Assembly: GCA_937899865.1 (NCBI GenBank)
Contig: CALBRH010000009.1
Coordinates: forward strand, 1 to 14,769
Length of the DNA stretch: 14,769 nt
Source: an uncultured euryarchaeote
GTDB lineage: Archaea; Thermoplasmatota; Poseidoniia; Poseidoniales; Poseidoniaceae
Reading direction: 5' to 3'
Positions 1-7,593 of this stretch are shown in pieces. Positions within the stretch are counted from its first letter, which is position 1, and each line of letters starts with the position of its first letter. Under the pieces are notes generated by a model that was given only the letters and a program-made list of their open reading frames with translations, ran no database searches and was not told the origin of the DNA. A program made the translations under genes and the position numbers.

Positions 1-398
1 TTTCTTGAGCGATCAAGACCTTCTGCAACTAATGCAGATGCGAATGGGAAAGCCATCAAATAACCTCCACTGGCAATCAATTTGCCACTATCGAATAATT
101 GACTGCCTCCCTCTGCGAAAACAGGTGCCCCCAATGCACCTACTAACAAATAGAGACTACCGGATAAAAATGCATCATTTCTCCTAAGATATACTCCAGT
201 AGCAAGTACTGCAAATGTTTGGAAGGTGTACGGAACTGGAGTCCAAGGTACAGAAAACGCAATTTGCGCACATAATGCGGTTAAGCCGGCAAAAAATGAA
301 ACTGAAATTGCTCTCTCCAAAATAGTAGATTCTTCAGAAGACAGTGTTTGATGCCAAGTTTGCGGTTTACCCCAATTAAACTGATTGAACATGAACAT
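1..398 (-). CDS. bioY: Biotin transporter BioY (ECF S-component), 3' end outside the window
   Basis: Not in the ORF track. Manual translation from ATG at 398 (alternative 392) gives MFMFNQFNWGKPQTWHQTLSSEESTILERAISVSFFAGLTALCAQIAFSVPWTPVPYTFQTFAVLATGVYLRRNDAFLSGSLYLLVGALGAPVFAEGGSQLFDSGKLIASGGYLMAFPFASALVAEGLDRSR, open to the edge. PVPYTFQT, YLLVGALGAPVFAEG and SGGYL match BioY signatures (PVPFTLQ, YLxxGxxGLPVFAGG, TGGYL). Confidence 0.9.
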   Translation of the reverse strand, partial: MFMFNQFNWGKPQTWHQTLSSEESTILERAISVSFFAGLTALCAQIAFSVPWTPVPYTFQTFAVLATGVYLRRNDAFLSGSLYLLVGALGAPVFAEGGSQLFDSGKLIASGGYLMAFPFASALVAEGLDRSR

Positions 399-416
399 TG
401 GTTTAATTGACGGTTT

Positions 417-1220
417 TTAGTGATTCAGTATAGACTTGGGAATTGGTGGTTTCCAGTTACCATTTTTCCTCGAGTGGTCCAAAATATGCCAATATACAGT
501 AGTAATCTGTTTGTTTTCATCTTCGAGAAATTCAGTAACATCACTTGGCGTCATAATTGGTGGAAGTTTTTTCCACGCACTCTTGGCAATAACTGAAAGC
601 GGAAACTTTGACAATGCAGGCCCATTGACTGGAAGTTTCCATTTTGTCAACCATTCTCGTTCCACTAATTCCACTTGTTGGCATGCATCACGAACTTGCT
701 GCCAAGTATTGCCTTTTCCTGATTTAGACTTGGTCAACAATGTATCGTTTATCGATGAGTCAACCGTTATCTTACAATCAACTAATGGTTGAGCCATCCA
801 AGGCGCCATATATCCTGCTGGCGCCCTAAACCATGGACGGAAGTTCGATTTAGCAAAGTCTGATATTTGTAAAATTGCTTTCTTTATTGAGTCCTGAAAT
901 AAGTCGCTATTCTTTGGCCATGCAGACCATGATTTATGATCTAAACCATGGCAACCAATAGTGATTCTATCAGTGAAATTTTTTAGTAAATCACTTAACC
1001 AATCACGGAATTCTTGGCTTTCTAATGAATCGGCAATAACAAACAAAGTTACTGGTTTATCATGGCTAGATAACCAGGTTTCAAAGCCTTCCATACCTTG
1101 TATGAAATCTGCTGATAAGCTATTGGACTGAATTGGTGATTTGGTACGTGTTGGATGACCGTGATGTTTCGGTATATGTCTAATATCATCACAATCTACT
1201 GTCAACCAAGTATAAGTCAA
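417..1220 (-). CDS. Polysaccharide deacetylase family protein (NodB-like/CE4 fold)
   Basis: Motif 1 TVDCDD near the N-terminus, metal-binding CHGLDH and WFRAPAG motif. TTG start overlaps the upstream TGA (TTGA at 1217-1220). Confidence 0.8.
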   Translation of the reverse strand: MTYTWLTVDCDDIRHIPKHHGHPTRTKSPIQSNSLSADFIQGMEGFETWLSSHDKPVTLFVIADSLESQEFRDWLSDLLKNFTDRITIGCHGLDHKSWSAWPKNSDLFQDSIKKAILQISDFAKSNFRPWFRAPAGYMAPWMAQPLVDCKITVDSSINDTLLTKSKSGKGNTWQQVRDACQQVELVEREWLTKWKLPVNGPALSKFPLSVIAKSAWKKLPPIMTPSDVTEFLEDENKQITTVYWHILDHSRKNGNWKPPIPKSILNH

Positions 1221-1792
1221 CTATCGCCACCTCGATTAATATCGATTATATGTAATCGGTGAGGTACTGTTCGATTACCGATTTCAATGCCAATAAATTC
1301 CTCTACCGATTCGCCATCCCATCCTTGGCAAACTGATGCTGCTGTAGCAAGTCCGGCTTCATTATGAGGGTGGACTGTAATCTCAATTCGGAAGAATTCT
1401 TCTCTTGAAGATAGCCATTCCAATATTGAGTTAACACAACGAATCGTTATTCTTTGGCGACGGAATTTTGTACGTACCCAGTAGCCTAAATTGTAATTAG
1501 AATGTAATAATTGCAACTCGTCTCCAAGGCCAATCAATCCAATAAACTCATTATTCGAATTATCCAAGATTGACCAAAAATGAATCTCATCAGAATTTGC
1601 TTGGGACTCAACATCAAACAGCATATCTCTAATTTGTTGCCTAATTTCTTTATTCTTGTCTAACCAAGGTAGTGCTGAGAAGGCTGAGTCTGGGTCTTCA
1701 TTAAAGGCGTTTAAAATTGGTTTTAGAACAGATTTATCTACAGGCCGGAGGGTTAATCCGTCTTCTACTGTAAGTTCTGGAGTTAATGTCAT
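1217..1792 (-). CDS. GNAT N-acetyltransferase, RimJ/RimL-like
   Basis: FIGLIGL beta strand, YNLGYWVRTKFRRQ and IEITVHPHNEAG (Asn motif) follow the RimJ/RimL pattern. GAGG lies just upstream of the ATG. Confidence 0.75.
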   Translation of the reverse strand: MTLTPELTVEDGLTLRPVDKSVLKPILNAFNEDPDSAFSALPWLDKNKEIRQQIRDMLFDVESQANSDEIHFWSILDNSNNEFIGLIGLGDELQLLHSNYNLGYWVRTKFRRQRITIRCVNSILEWLSSREEFFRIEITVHPHNEAGLATAASVCQGWDGESVEEFIGIEIGNRTVPHRLHIIDINRGGDS

Positions 1793-1801
1793 GATAATGC
1801 C

Positions 1802-2875
1802 TCATGATAAGTGTGCTATGGCTCTAACAACATTTGAGTCATTTGGGTAGTTTGTTTGAGCCATTTTTAACATCCACTGCAGGTGTTCTTCACGTCCCAA
1901 ATAACGCATGATTGTTCCAATATGAGCCAGCATATCGAGATTACCATCAAGATGTGGTCCTAAATTGTCTAATTGTTGGGCGGTCTGAGCAAGTTTACCT
2001 GTCTTGATTAGTTCAAGCATAGCAACTACCTCTCGATAGACTTGTCTTTCATCCCATGCTTGCTTAGCAGGCCAAGGCCAAATTCTGCCATTAAATTGAG
2101 GAATCGGTGCTGCAGTTGTATGATTTTCCGAAGTTTGTGTTGCTTCATCTTGTTCATTGTTATCAGTGGGGATATCAGGCACTTCTGGAGTCTCATCTGA
2201 CTGTGATGTAACTTCATCTTCTGGAATATCTGGCAATTCCGGTGTTGCTTCAATAACCTCGCTTGAAATTGCTGAGGCAAGCGATACTGTTGAAGGTTGA
2301 TTTTCTTCTGACAATAATTCAGGCTCCATATTTCGTAATTTGTTTGGACCTACTGAGCCAGTAAAATCCTCATCTGAAGTTGCTGAATCTAAGAAAAGTG
2401 CCCCCTGTCCTGTATGTATTGGTTCTGCAACCTCTTCGAGAGGATTAGATTCGGGCACGATAAAATCAACTTTGCTTTCAGGTGCATCTTCTGGTGAAAG
2501 TTCAACTTCTTCGGGGTCGGTGTAATCTTGAACTTCTGATAAAGTCGGACCTGAACTAGTGATAAAGTCAAATTTATCTTCTTCAGCAGAATCGTCGGCA
2601 GCAAATTGATCGATTTCAATAGTAACTTCGTCAAGCGATAAAACCGCTTCAACGGCGTAATCTTCTCCTGGTGTATCCTCAGTATCATCACCCAACAGAG
2701 TTGTCATGATTTCTGACTCCGCAGATGATGGAGTGGCCATTGGTTGCTCCCTTGCAGAAACTGTTAGGTCGTAGTAGCACAACTTACACTCCTTTGCACC
2801 AATTTCATTGGGAGTGCCACAATATGGACAGATATTTTGTTGGGTAGAAGACTCCTTCTTCCGCCATCCAAACAT
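1802..2875 (-). CDS. Zinc-ribbon protein with a long acidic disordered linker and a helical (TPR-like) C-terminal domain
   Basis: CPYC-x10-CKLC near the N-terminus, D/E/P/S-rich middle and amphipathic helical C-terminus. The ORF track starts at 2965. I prefer ATG 2875 (MFGWRKK), which has GGTGG 5 nt upstream and leaves room for a divergent promoter. Confidence 0.7.
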   Translation of the reverse strand: MFGWRKKESSTQQNICPYCGTPNEIGAKECKLCYYDLTVSAREQPMATPSSAESEIMTTLLGDDTEDTPGEDYAVEAVLSLDEVTIEIDQFAADDSAEEDKFDFITSSGPTLSEVQDYTDPEEVELSPEDAPESKVDFIVPESNPLEEVAEPIHTGQGALFLDSATSDEDFTGSVGPNKLRNMEPELLSEENQPSTVSLASAISSEVIEATPELPDIPEDEVTSQSDETPEVPDIPTDNNEQDEATQTSENHTTAAPIPQFNGRIWPWPAKQAWDERQVYREVVAMLELIKTGKLAQTAQQLDNLGPHLDGNLDMLAHIGTIMRYLGREEHLQWMLKMAQTNYPNDSNVVRAIAHLS

Positions 2876-2904
2876 ACTACCCACCAACCTATAGGCAACG
2901 GATT

Positions 2905-2945
2905 GAGTGTTTAAGTGATAGGGTTTCACGGTTAAATTATAATTC
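2905..2945. promoter_or_regulatory. Candidate divergent archaeal promoter region
   Basis: About 115 bp separate the divergent starts at 2875 (-) and 2990 (+). AT-rich TATA-like TTAAATTATAA at 2932-2942 and TTTAAG at 2910-2915. Assignment of each box to a gene is not determined. Confidence 0.4.
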
Positions 2946-2989
2946 ATTTCAATCAATACTATCATTTGGTGAGCGATATTGGTAATGTC

Positions 2990-5005
2990 ATGGCAAAGAA
3001 GGGTTCTGTTAGAAGGATGGACAGTTCGATGCCAAAAACTGCCAATAAGAAGATGGATTTAGGCGATGAAATGCCTATTTCATGGAAAAGGGGTCAAGAG
3101 CATTTTCAACGATTTACTGAATTGATTAAGATTGAACTTGAAGATGAAACAGCAATGGTGGAGGAACGCTGGAAAAAATGGAGTAAGCAAAAACTGGTAA
3201 GTGCTGGACTTACCTTGTTTGACTTGACTTCTCGGAGCCAAGGTAGATTTTATGGCGACCCGATCCTTGTTTTTGAACAGGCTGACCGTAATAGAATGCC
3301 ACAGCACAGATTTAGTCATGGAGATATCGTATTAATCTCTAGAACAAAACCTTGGGGAGAAAAGGTCTACGAAGGTATTGTCCTTGATAGAGGGCCAACA
3401 AGAATCAGAGTTGTAGTTAATGAAAAACCCAAGGATGTGAAAAAGGGCAGATGGCGAATTGACAAGGGTGCTAATCGAATTGCTCATGACCGCATGCATG
3501 AAGCATTGATTTCATTTCATTCAACCGAGTCAACTGGCGGAACACCATTGCGAGATTTGATTTTAGGATCTTTACATGACCCTGCTACTTCAGCTGCACG
3601 TGCACCAGAAATTTCTGGAAAAAAACAACATGTCCAAACTCAAATTAATCCAGCATTGAATGAATCACAACAAAATGCGGTAGAACAGTCACTCAGCTCG
3701 AGACTAAATTTAATTCAAGGGCCACCAGGAACCGGCAAAACCTTCACAGCAGTTCATCTACTGAAGCAGTTAGCCCATATGGGCAAGGGCCCAATACTTG
3801 CATGTGCAGAATCAAATGTTGCAGTTGATAATTTACTAGAAGGATTGATTGATATTGGTGTTAGAGCAGTACGTATTGGCAAACCAGTAAAAGTAAGAGA
3901 AACGTTACGAAATAATACCTTAGATGCTTTAGCAGAACAGCACCCATTGCAAGAGGAAATAGAATATATCAAGCAGCAAAATGATGAGCTTAGAAAAAAT
4001 CTAGCCTCGTTAAAAGGCAAAGAAAAGGGCCTTACACACCGCGATATCAAAAATAATTTCAAAGATATCAGAAATTTAGAACACGATGTTATTGCTTCCC
4101 TATTGGATAGTGCTGAAGTAATCTGTTCAACAACAATTGGTGCTGGACATCATGTCCTTGGTGATAGGAAATTTCCAATCGTGCTAATCGATGAAGCAAC
4201 CCAAGCAAGTGAGCCTAGCGCCTTGGTGCCAATCATTCGTGGATGCAGGCAATTAATCTTAGTCGGAGACCACAAGCAACTGCCACCAACTGTGATAAGC
4301 GAAAAGGCCGAAAAAGGTGGCCTAAACCAATCATTGTTTGAACGATTAAACAAGTGTGGCATACCAGCGCACATGCTTACTACTCAATATAGGATGCATC
4401 CTGTAATCAGAGAATTCCCTAGTGCAAGATTCTACGATAATAGATTAGAAGATGGTTGTAGTGCAAATGACAGACCAACTCCTGCGGGGCTATTATGGCC
4501 TGACTGGGATAACCCACTTGCTTTCATACCCATTGAAGGTAGTGAATTGCAAGAAGAAGACGGTAGTAGTCGGTCAAATTATGCTGAGGCGGCTAAGGTA
4601 CTTTCAGTTGTTAAAGGACTGCTTGAAACCGGTGACTTAACTGCTAGAGAGATAGGAGTCATCACTCCTTACAATGGACAAGTTAGAGTATTATCTGACT
4701 TATTCCAACAAGCCGGGGGTAGAGAGATTGGAGGGCCATTTAATGGTCTTGAAATAAAGAGCGTAGATGGTTATCAAGGAAGAGAAAAAGAAGTGATTGT
4801 TTTCTCAACTGTTCGGGCAAATGAATCTGGTGAAGTTGGTTTTCTGAGTGACCGAAGAAGATTGAATGTTGCTCTAACTAGAGCAAAACGTGGATTGATA
4901 ATTATTGGACATCCCACTACCCTACGCCATGACAGAACATGGGATTCTTGGCTTGAATGGGTTGATGAACGCAATTTGTTCGCTTGGCATTTGTCTCAAG
5001 ATTAA
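2990..5005 (+). CDS. Superfamily 1B helicase, Upf1/DNA2/NAM7 (IGHMBP2/Hcs1-like) family
   Basis: Q motif LNESQQNAV, Walker A GPPGTGKT, Ia CAESNVAVDNL, II DEATQ, III LVGDHKQLPP, SLFERL, QYRMHP, V VDGYQGRE, VI RRLNVALTRA. Start chosen at ATG 2990 (ORF track gives 2966). Confidence 0.93.
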   Translation: MAKKGSVRRMDSSMPKTANKKMDLGDEMPISWKRGQEHFQRFTELIKIELEDETAMVEERWKKWSKQKLVSAGLTLFDLTSRSQGRFYGDPILVFEQADRNRMPQHRFSHGDIVLISRTKPWGEKVYEGIVLDRGPTRIRVVVNEKPKDVKKGRWRIDKGANRIAHDRMHEALISFHSTESTGGTPLRDLILGSLHDPATSAARAPEISGKKQHVQTQINPALNESQQNAVEQSLSSRLNLIQGPPGTGKTFTAVHLLKQLAHMGKGPILACAESNVAVDNLLEGLIDIGVRAVRIGKPVKVRETLRNNTLDALAEQHPLQEEIEYIKQQNDELRKNLASLKGKEKGLTHRDIKNNFKDIRNLEHDVIASLLDSAEVICSTTIGAGHHVLGDRKFPIVLIDEATQASEPSALVPIIRGCRQLILVGDHKQLPPTVISEKAEKGGLNQSLFERLNKCGIPAHMLTTQYRMHPVIREFPSARFYDNRLEDGCSANDRPTPAGLLWPDWDNPLAFIPIEGSELQEEDGSSRSNYAEAAKVLSVVKGLLETGDLTAREIGVITPYNGQVRVLSDLFQQAGGREIGGPFNGLEIKSVDGYQGREKEVIVFSTVRANESGEVGFLSDRRRLNVALTRAKRGLIIIGHPTTLRHDRTWDSWLEWVDERNLFAWHLSQD

Positions 5006-5042
5006 TGCGTAGATTGACAAACTAAGCCATTGAGCGTGTATC

Positions 5043-5609
5043 ATGGCGGAAAGTCCGGTTAGTCTGCATCAAGGCGGCGGTACTCTTGCCCAAGCGGTAC
5101 TTGCCAGTGCCCCCGAAGGGATGCTAATTGCGCCAGTTTGGAAGCGTATTGCTGCATTCATGTTAGATGTCTTGCTAATTTCTATCATCTTGACTTTTTT
5201 AACAAACGCACAGCTCACTTTGAACTTACTCAATTTTGAATTGCTTAGCGGCGGGGCTGAATATATTCTTTTCTTTGCCTCTAATTGGGCGATTTTACTA
5301 ACCTCTCATTGGTTATATTGGAAATATACCGGAAGAATATACGGTCGTTCTCTAGGCCAAAGAGCGTTTAGAATAGCAATCGTGCACGATACTGGAACAG
5401 TTTTGGAACAACATCATTGGGGGCCAAGAGCGGTCGCCAAATTGATCTATCTTTTACCATTGATTGGGCCACTTTGGTTTGGCTTAAGGGATGCTTATAA
5501 TGCTCGTTCAAAAGAAGCTGAATATCGTACTGCAATAGATAAGAAAAATCATACAGTGGCTGCGGTTGATTGGTCTTTACCAGTTGAAACAAGAACTAGA
5601 TTAAGATAA
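5043..5609 (+). CDS. RDD family membrane protein
   Basis: APVWKRIAAFMLDVLLI (conserved R and D), hydrophobic segments, GRSLGQRAFRIAIV, and C-terminal D in IDKKNHTV. Confidence 0.85.
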   Translation: MAESPVSLHQGGGTLAQAVLASAPEGMLIAPVWKRIAAFMLDVLLISIILTFLTNAQLTLNLLNFELLSGGAEYILFFASNWAILLTSHWLYWKYTGRIYGRSLGQRAFRIAIVHDTGTVLEQHHWGPRAVAKLIYLLPLIGPLWFGLRDAYNARSKEAEYRTAIDKKNHTVAAVDWSLPVETRTRLR

Positions 5610-5643
5610 AGAACGATTAGACATCTATTTCAAGTATTACTGA

Positions 5644-6690
5644 TTGTTCCTAATGAATGGAAGGGTTTCAATGAGCGATGAACATTTCACACGTGCCCCA
5701 CCAATCGAATGCCGACTAATGTCTGCTTCGATGGAAATTGACGATGATGATGAAGACGTAATTCAGGTATCTGTTGAAGTTTCTAATGAAGATGCAATGC
5801 CAATAGGTGGCTTGGATATTTTTATCCAAACCAGTGATAATAAGAAAGTTGAATCAGATGAGGGTATTAGTTCACTTGGCCCTGGTCTAACACGTAAATT
5901 CACATTTGAATTCCCTCTGCAAAAAGGCAACTGGACTTTTATGCTTAGATCTCCCAATGCAGTTGCTGATTTAGGACCTTATGATCATGATTTCACTTAC
6001 CAAGCAGAAAAGGGTAGAGTATACAACAATACAATTGGCAGTGGAATGTTTACCGATGCATTCACTAGTGACTTAGGTGACTTTGGCAAAGTTGAAGAGC
6101 GAGGCGTAATCGATGCTTCTAAAATTAAGATGACTTCATACTTTGGTGAAAACTCAGCTGGTGGAGCGACTGCAATCACCGTCGGCAGTACACCCGCCGA
6201 AGAAGATGTTAGTGATGCTCCTCGTACTCCTCCGTGGGAGAAATCAAAAGACCCGTTATTATCTACGCCTATCCCAACAACTCAAGAATCTGCTCAGTCA
6301 AGTGATGATCTGCTAGCATTTTCCAAGCAAGTTAGCGAACCTCAGCCTAATGAAGAACAACCGGTTGAAACCGCTGAAACTCCTCCTGAGTTGCCAATTA
6401 CTGCAGCAACTCCACCAAGTTTACCTCCCAACGCTCCCCCAACTCAACCTCCTTCCACTCCACCGTCTGGACCGCCGTCTGACAAACCAACTGGCAAACC
6501 AACAGGGCCACCAACTGGTCCTCCAACTAGTCCTCCAACTGGCAAACCAACTGGTAAACCAACAGGGCCACCAACTGGTCCTCCGTCTAGCCCTCCTTCC
6601 GGTAAACCAACCGGTAAACCAACAGGACCACCAACTGGCCCTCCTTCTGGTAAACCAAAATCGAAAAAACCAACAAGACCTCCGATGTAA
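5644..6690 (+). CDS. Hypothetical protein with a beta-rich (possibly Ig-like) N-domain and a Pro/Thr/Gly/Lys low-complexity C-terminal tail
   Basis: 348-aa ORF co-oriented with its neighbours. Alternating beta-strand pattern (IQVSVEVSN, LDIFIQT, FTFEFPL, WTFMLRS). No hydrophobic signal or TM segment. The true start may be ATG 5671. Confidence 0.7.
   Translation: MFLMNGRVSMSDEHFTRAPPIECRLMSASMEIDDDDEDVIQVSVEVSNEDAMPIGGLDIFIQTSDNKKVESDEGISSLGPGLTRKFTFEFPLQKGNWTFMLRSPNAVADLGPYDHDFTYQAEKGRVYNNTIGSGMFTDAFTSDLGDFGKVEERGVIDASKIKMTSYFGENSAGGATAITVGSTPAEEDVSDAPRTPPWEKSKDPLLSTPIPTTQESAQSSDDLLAFSKQVSEPQPNEEQPVETAETPPELPITAATPPSLPPNAPPTQPPSTPPSGPPSDKPTGKPTGPPTGPPTSPPTGKPTGKPTGPPTGPPSSPPSGKPTGKPTGPPTGPPSGKPKSKKPTRPPM
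6484..6657 (+). repeat. Coding tandem repeat, 60-nt period (about 2.9 copies), built from 12-nt subunits
   Basis: 6484-6543 encodes KPTGKPTGPPTGPPTSPPTG, 6544-6603 KPTGKPTGPPTGPPSSPPSG, 6604-6657 KPTGKPTGPPTGPPSGKP. DNA core AAACCAAC(T/C)GG(C/T)AAACCAACAGG(G/A)CCACCAACTGG. Confidence 0.95.
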
Positions 6691-6695
6691 GGTGA
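6690..6695 (+). promoter_or_regulatory. Shine-Dalgarno AGGTGA overlapping the upstream stop codon
   Basis: TAAGGTGATTTAATG. Complementary to the archaeal 16S 3' end (AUCACCUCC), 4 nt before ATG 6700. Confidence 0.7.
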
Positions 6696-6699
6696 TTTA

Positions 6700-6975
6700 A
6701 TGACTGATGGTTTCGTTATGGAGTTGTGCGGCAATAGAGCTGCTTGGCAAATTGTTCCTGACGGAATTGAAACAATCGATTTAGATAAAGTTGGCAACTC
6801 AATTATTGCTGCCGGATACACTGTTGGAATACAAAACAGACTTTGCTGGACATTTACCGGACCATGTGATTTGACATTATATCCGAGTGGTAAATTATTG
6901 GTAAAAACAGAAGATAAAGCACTCGCTGCACAGGTCGCTAAACTTCATGTAGAACAGTGGGCTGTCAACTCCTGA
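6700..6975 (+). CDS. Small hypothetical protein, probable TBP-like/helix-grip fold resembling the C-terminal domain of long ThiF/MoeB proteins
   Basis: 91 aa with its own SD, tightly coupled to both neighbours. ELCGNRAAWQIVP...IDLDKV...LTLYPSGKLLVKTED resembles LCGRNxVQIxP...LDL...xxFxDGRxLIHGT (recalled pattern, not searched). Confidence 0.6.
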   Translation: MTDGFVMELCGNRAAWQIVPDGIETIDLDKVGNSIIAAGYTVGIQNRLCWTFTGPCDLTLYPSGKLLVKTEDKALAAQVAKLHVEQWAVNS

Positions 6976-6984
6976 GGAGTAAAC

Positions 6985-7593
6985 ATGTCAATAATTACTG
7001 ATGAGTTGATTGACAATTTGAACGCTAATGGTGTTGTAGTTTACCCTACATCTACCTTACCTGGTCTTGGTTGCTTACCAAGAAAAGAAGCATTAGATAA
7101 TTTGTATGCGTTGAAGAAAAGACCTGCAAGTCAACCTGTGAGCCTAGGAGTTGCAGATATTGAACAAGCGAATGAATTGGTTAATGTCCCAATCATTGCC
7201 ATGGAGATTCTACAAAGTTTCCCTCAAGGAAGTTTAACCTTGATTCTCGATGCTAAGAAGGAACTTGATGAACGACTTGGTGGCAAAAGAGTTGCTGTTA
7301 GGGTATTGTCTGATTTACGTGCTTTAGAATTAGTAAATGTAGTAGGACCGATTACTGCAACTAGTGCAAATCATAGCGGTGTTGAACCTTTGTATGATAC
7401 TAAATTAGCAGGACAAGAACTCGGATTAGGAGATGATTGTATTGTTGAGGGAGATTGCCCTGGAGGAGCACCAAGCACTATTCTATCTATTGAAAAAACT
7501 GATACAGATTCATTAGGGTTCACGGTAAGCATTATGAGAGAGGGCGTAATACCTCGCATTGACGTGGAAACATGGATGAGGAATTATCGCTAA
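6985..7593 (+). CDS. tsaC: L-threonylcarbamoyladenylate synthase, single-domain TsaC/YrdC type (t6A tRNA modification)
   Basis: YPTSTLPGLGC (variant of YPTETVYGLGC), LKKRP (KxR), VAVRV, GPITATSANHSG, PSTIL. 202 aa with no Sua5 C-terminal domain. SD GAGGAG at 6974-6979. Confidence 0.88.
   Translation: MSIITDELIDNLNANGVVVYPTSTLPGLGCLPRKEALDNLYALKKRPASQPVSLGVADIEQANELVNVPIIAMEILQSFPQGSLTLILDAKKELDERLGGKRVAVRVLSDLRALELVNVVGPITATSANHSGVEPLYDTKLAGQELGLGDDCIVEGDCPGGAPSTILSIEKTDTDSLGFTVSIMREGVIPRIDVETWMRNYR

Noticed and set aside
5-187. 60-aa plus-strand ORF
   Set aside because: Antisense to the clearly recognisable bioY frame.
2876-2989. Abutting extended starts at 2965 (-) and 2966 (+)
   Set aside because: They would leave no promoter space between divergent genes. 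Internal ATGs at 2875 and 2990 are more plausible.
5014-5044. TTGACA...TATCAT sigma70-like promoter before the RDD gene
   Set aside because: The spacing is 19 nt, the -10-like hexamer overlaps the start codon, and the context is archaeal. Probably chance.
6484-6657. Possible CRISPR array
   Set aside because: The repeats are contiguous, in frame and lack unique spacers, and no cas genes are present.
6350-6700. Gln/Leu/Val-rich plus-strand ORF
   Set aside because: Frame-shifted reading of the same tandem repeat, with no independent start signals.
6444-6821. Gly-rich, collagen-looking minus-strand ORF (GGPVGGPVGLPVG)
   Set aside because: It is the reverse complement of the PPTG/KPTG repeat, has no Gly-X-Y period of 3, and overlaps two better-supported genes.
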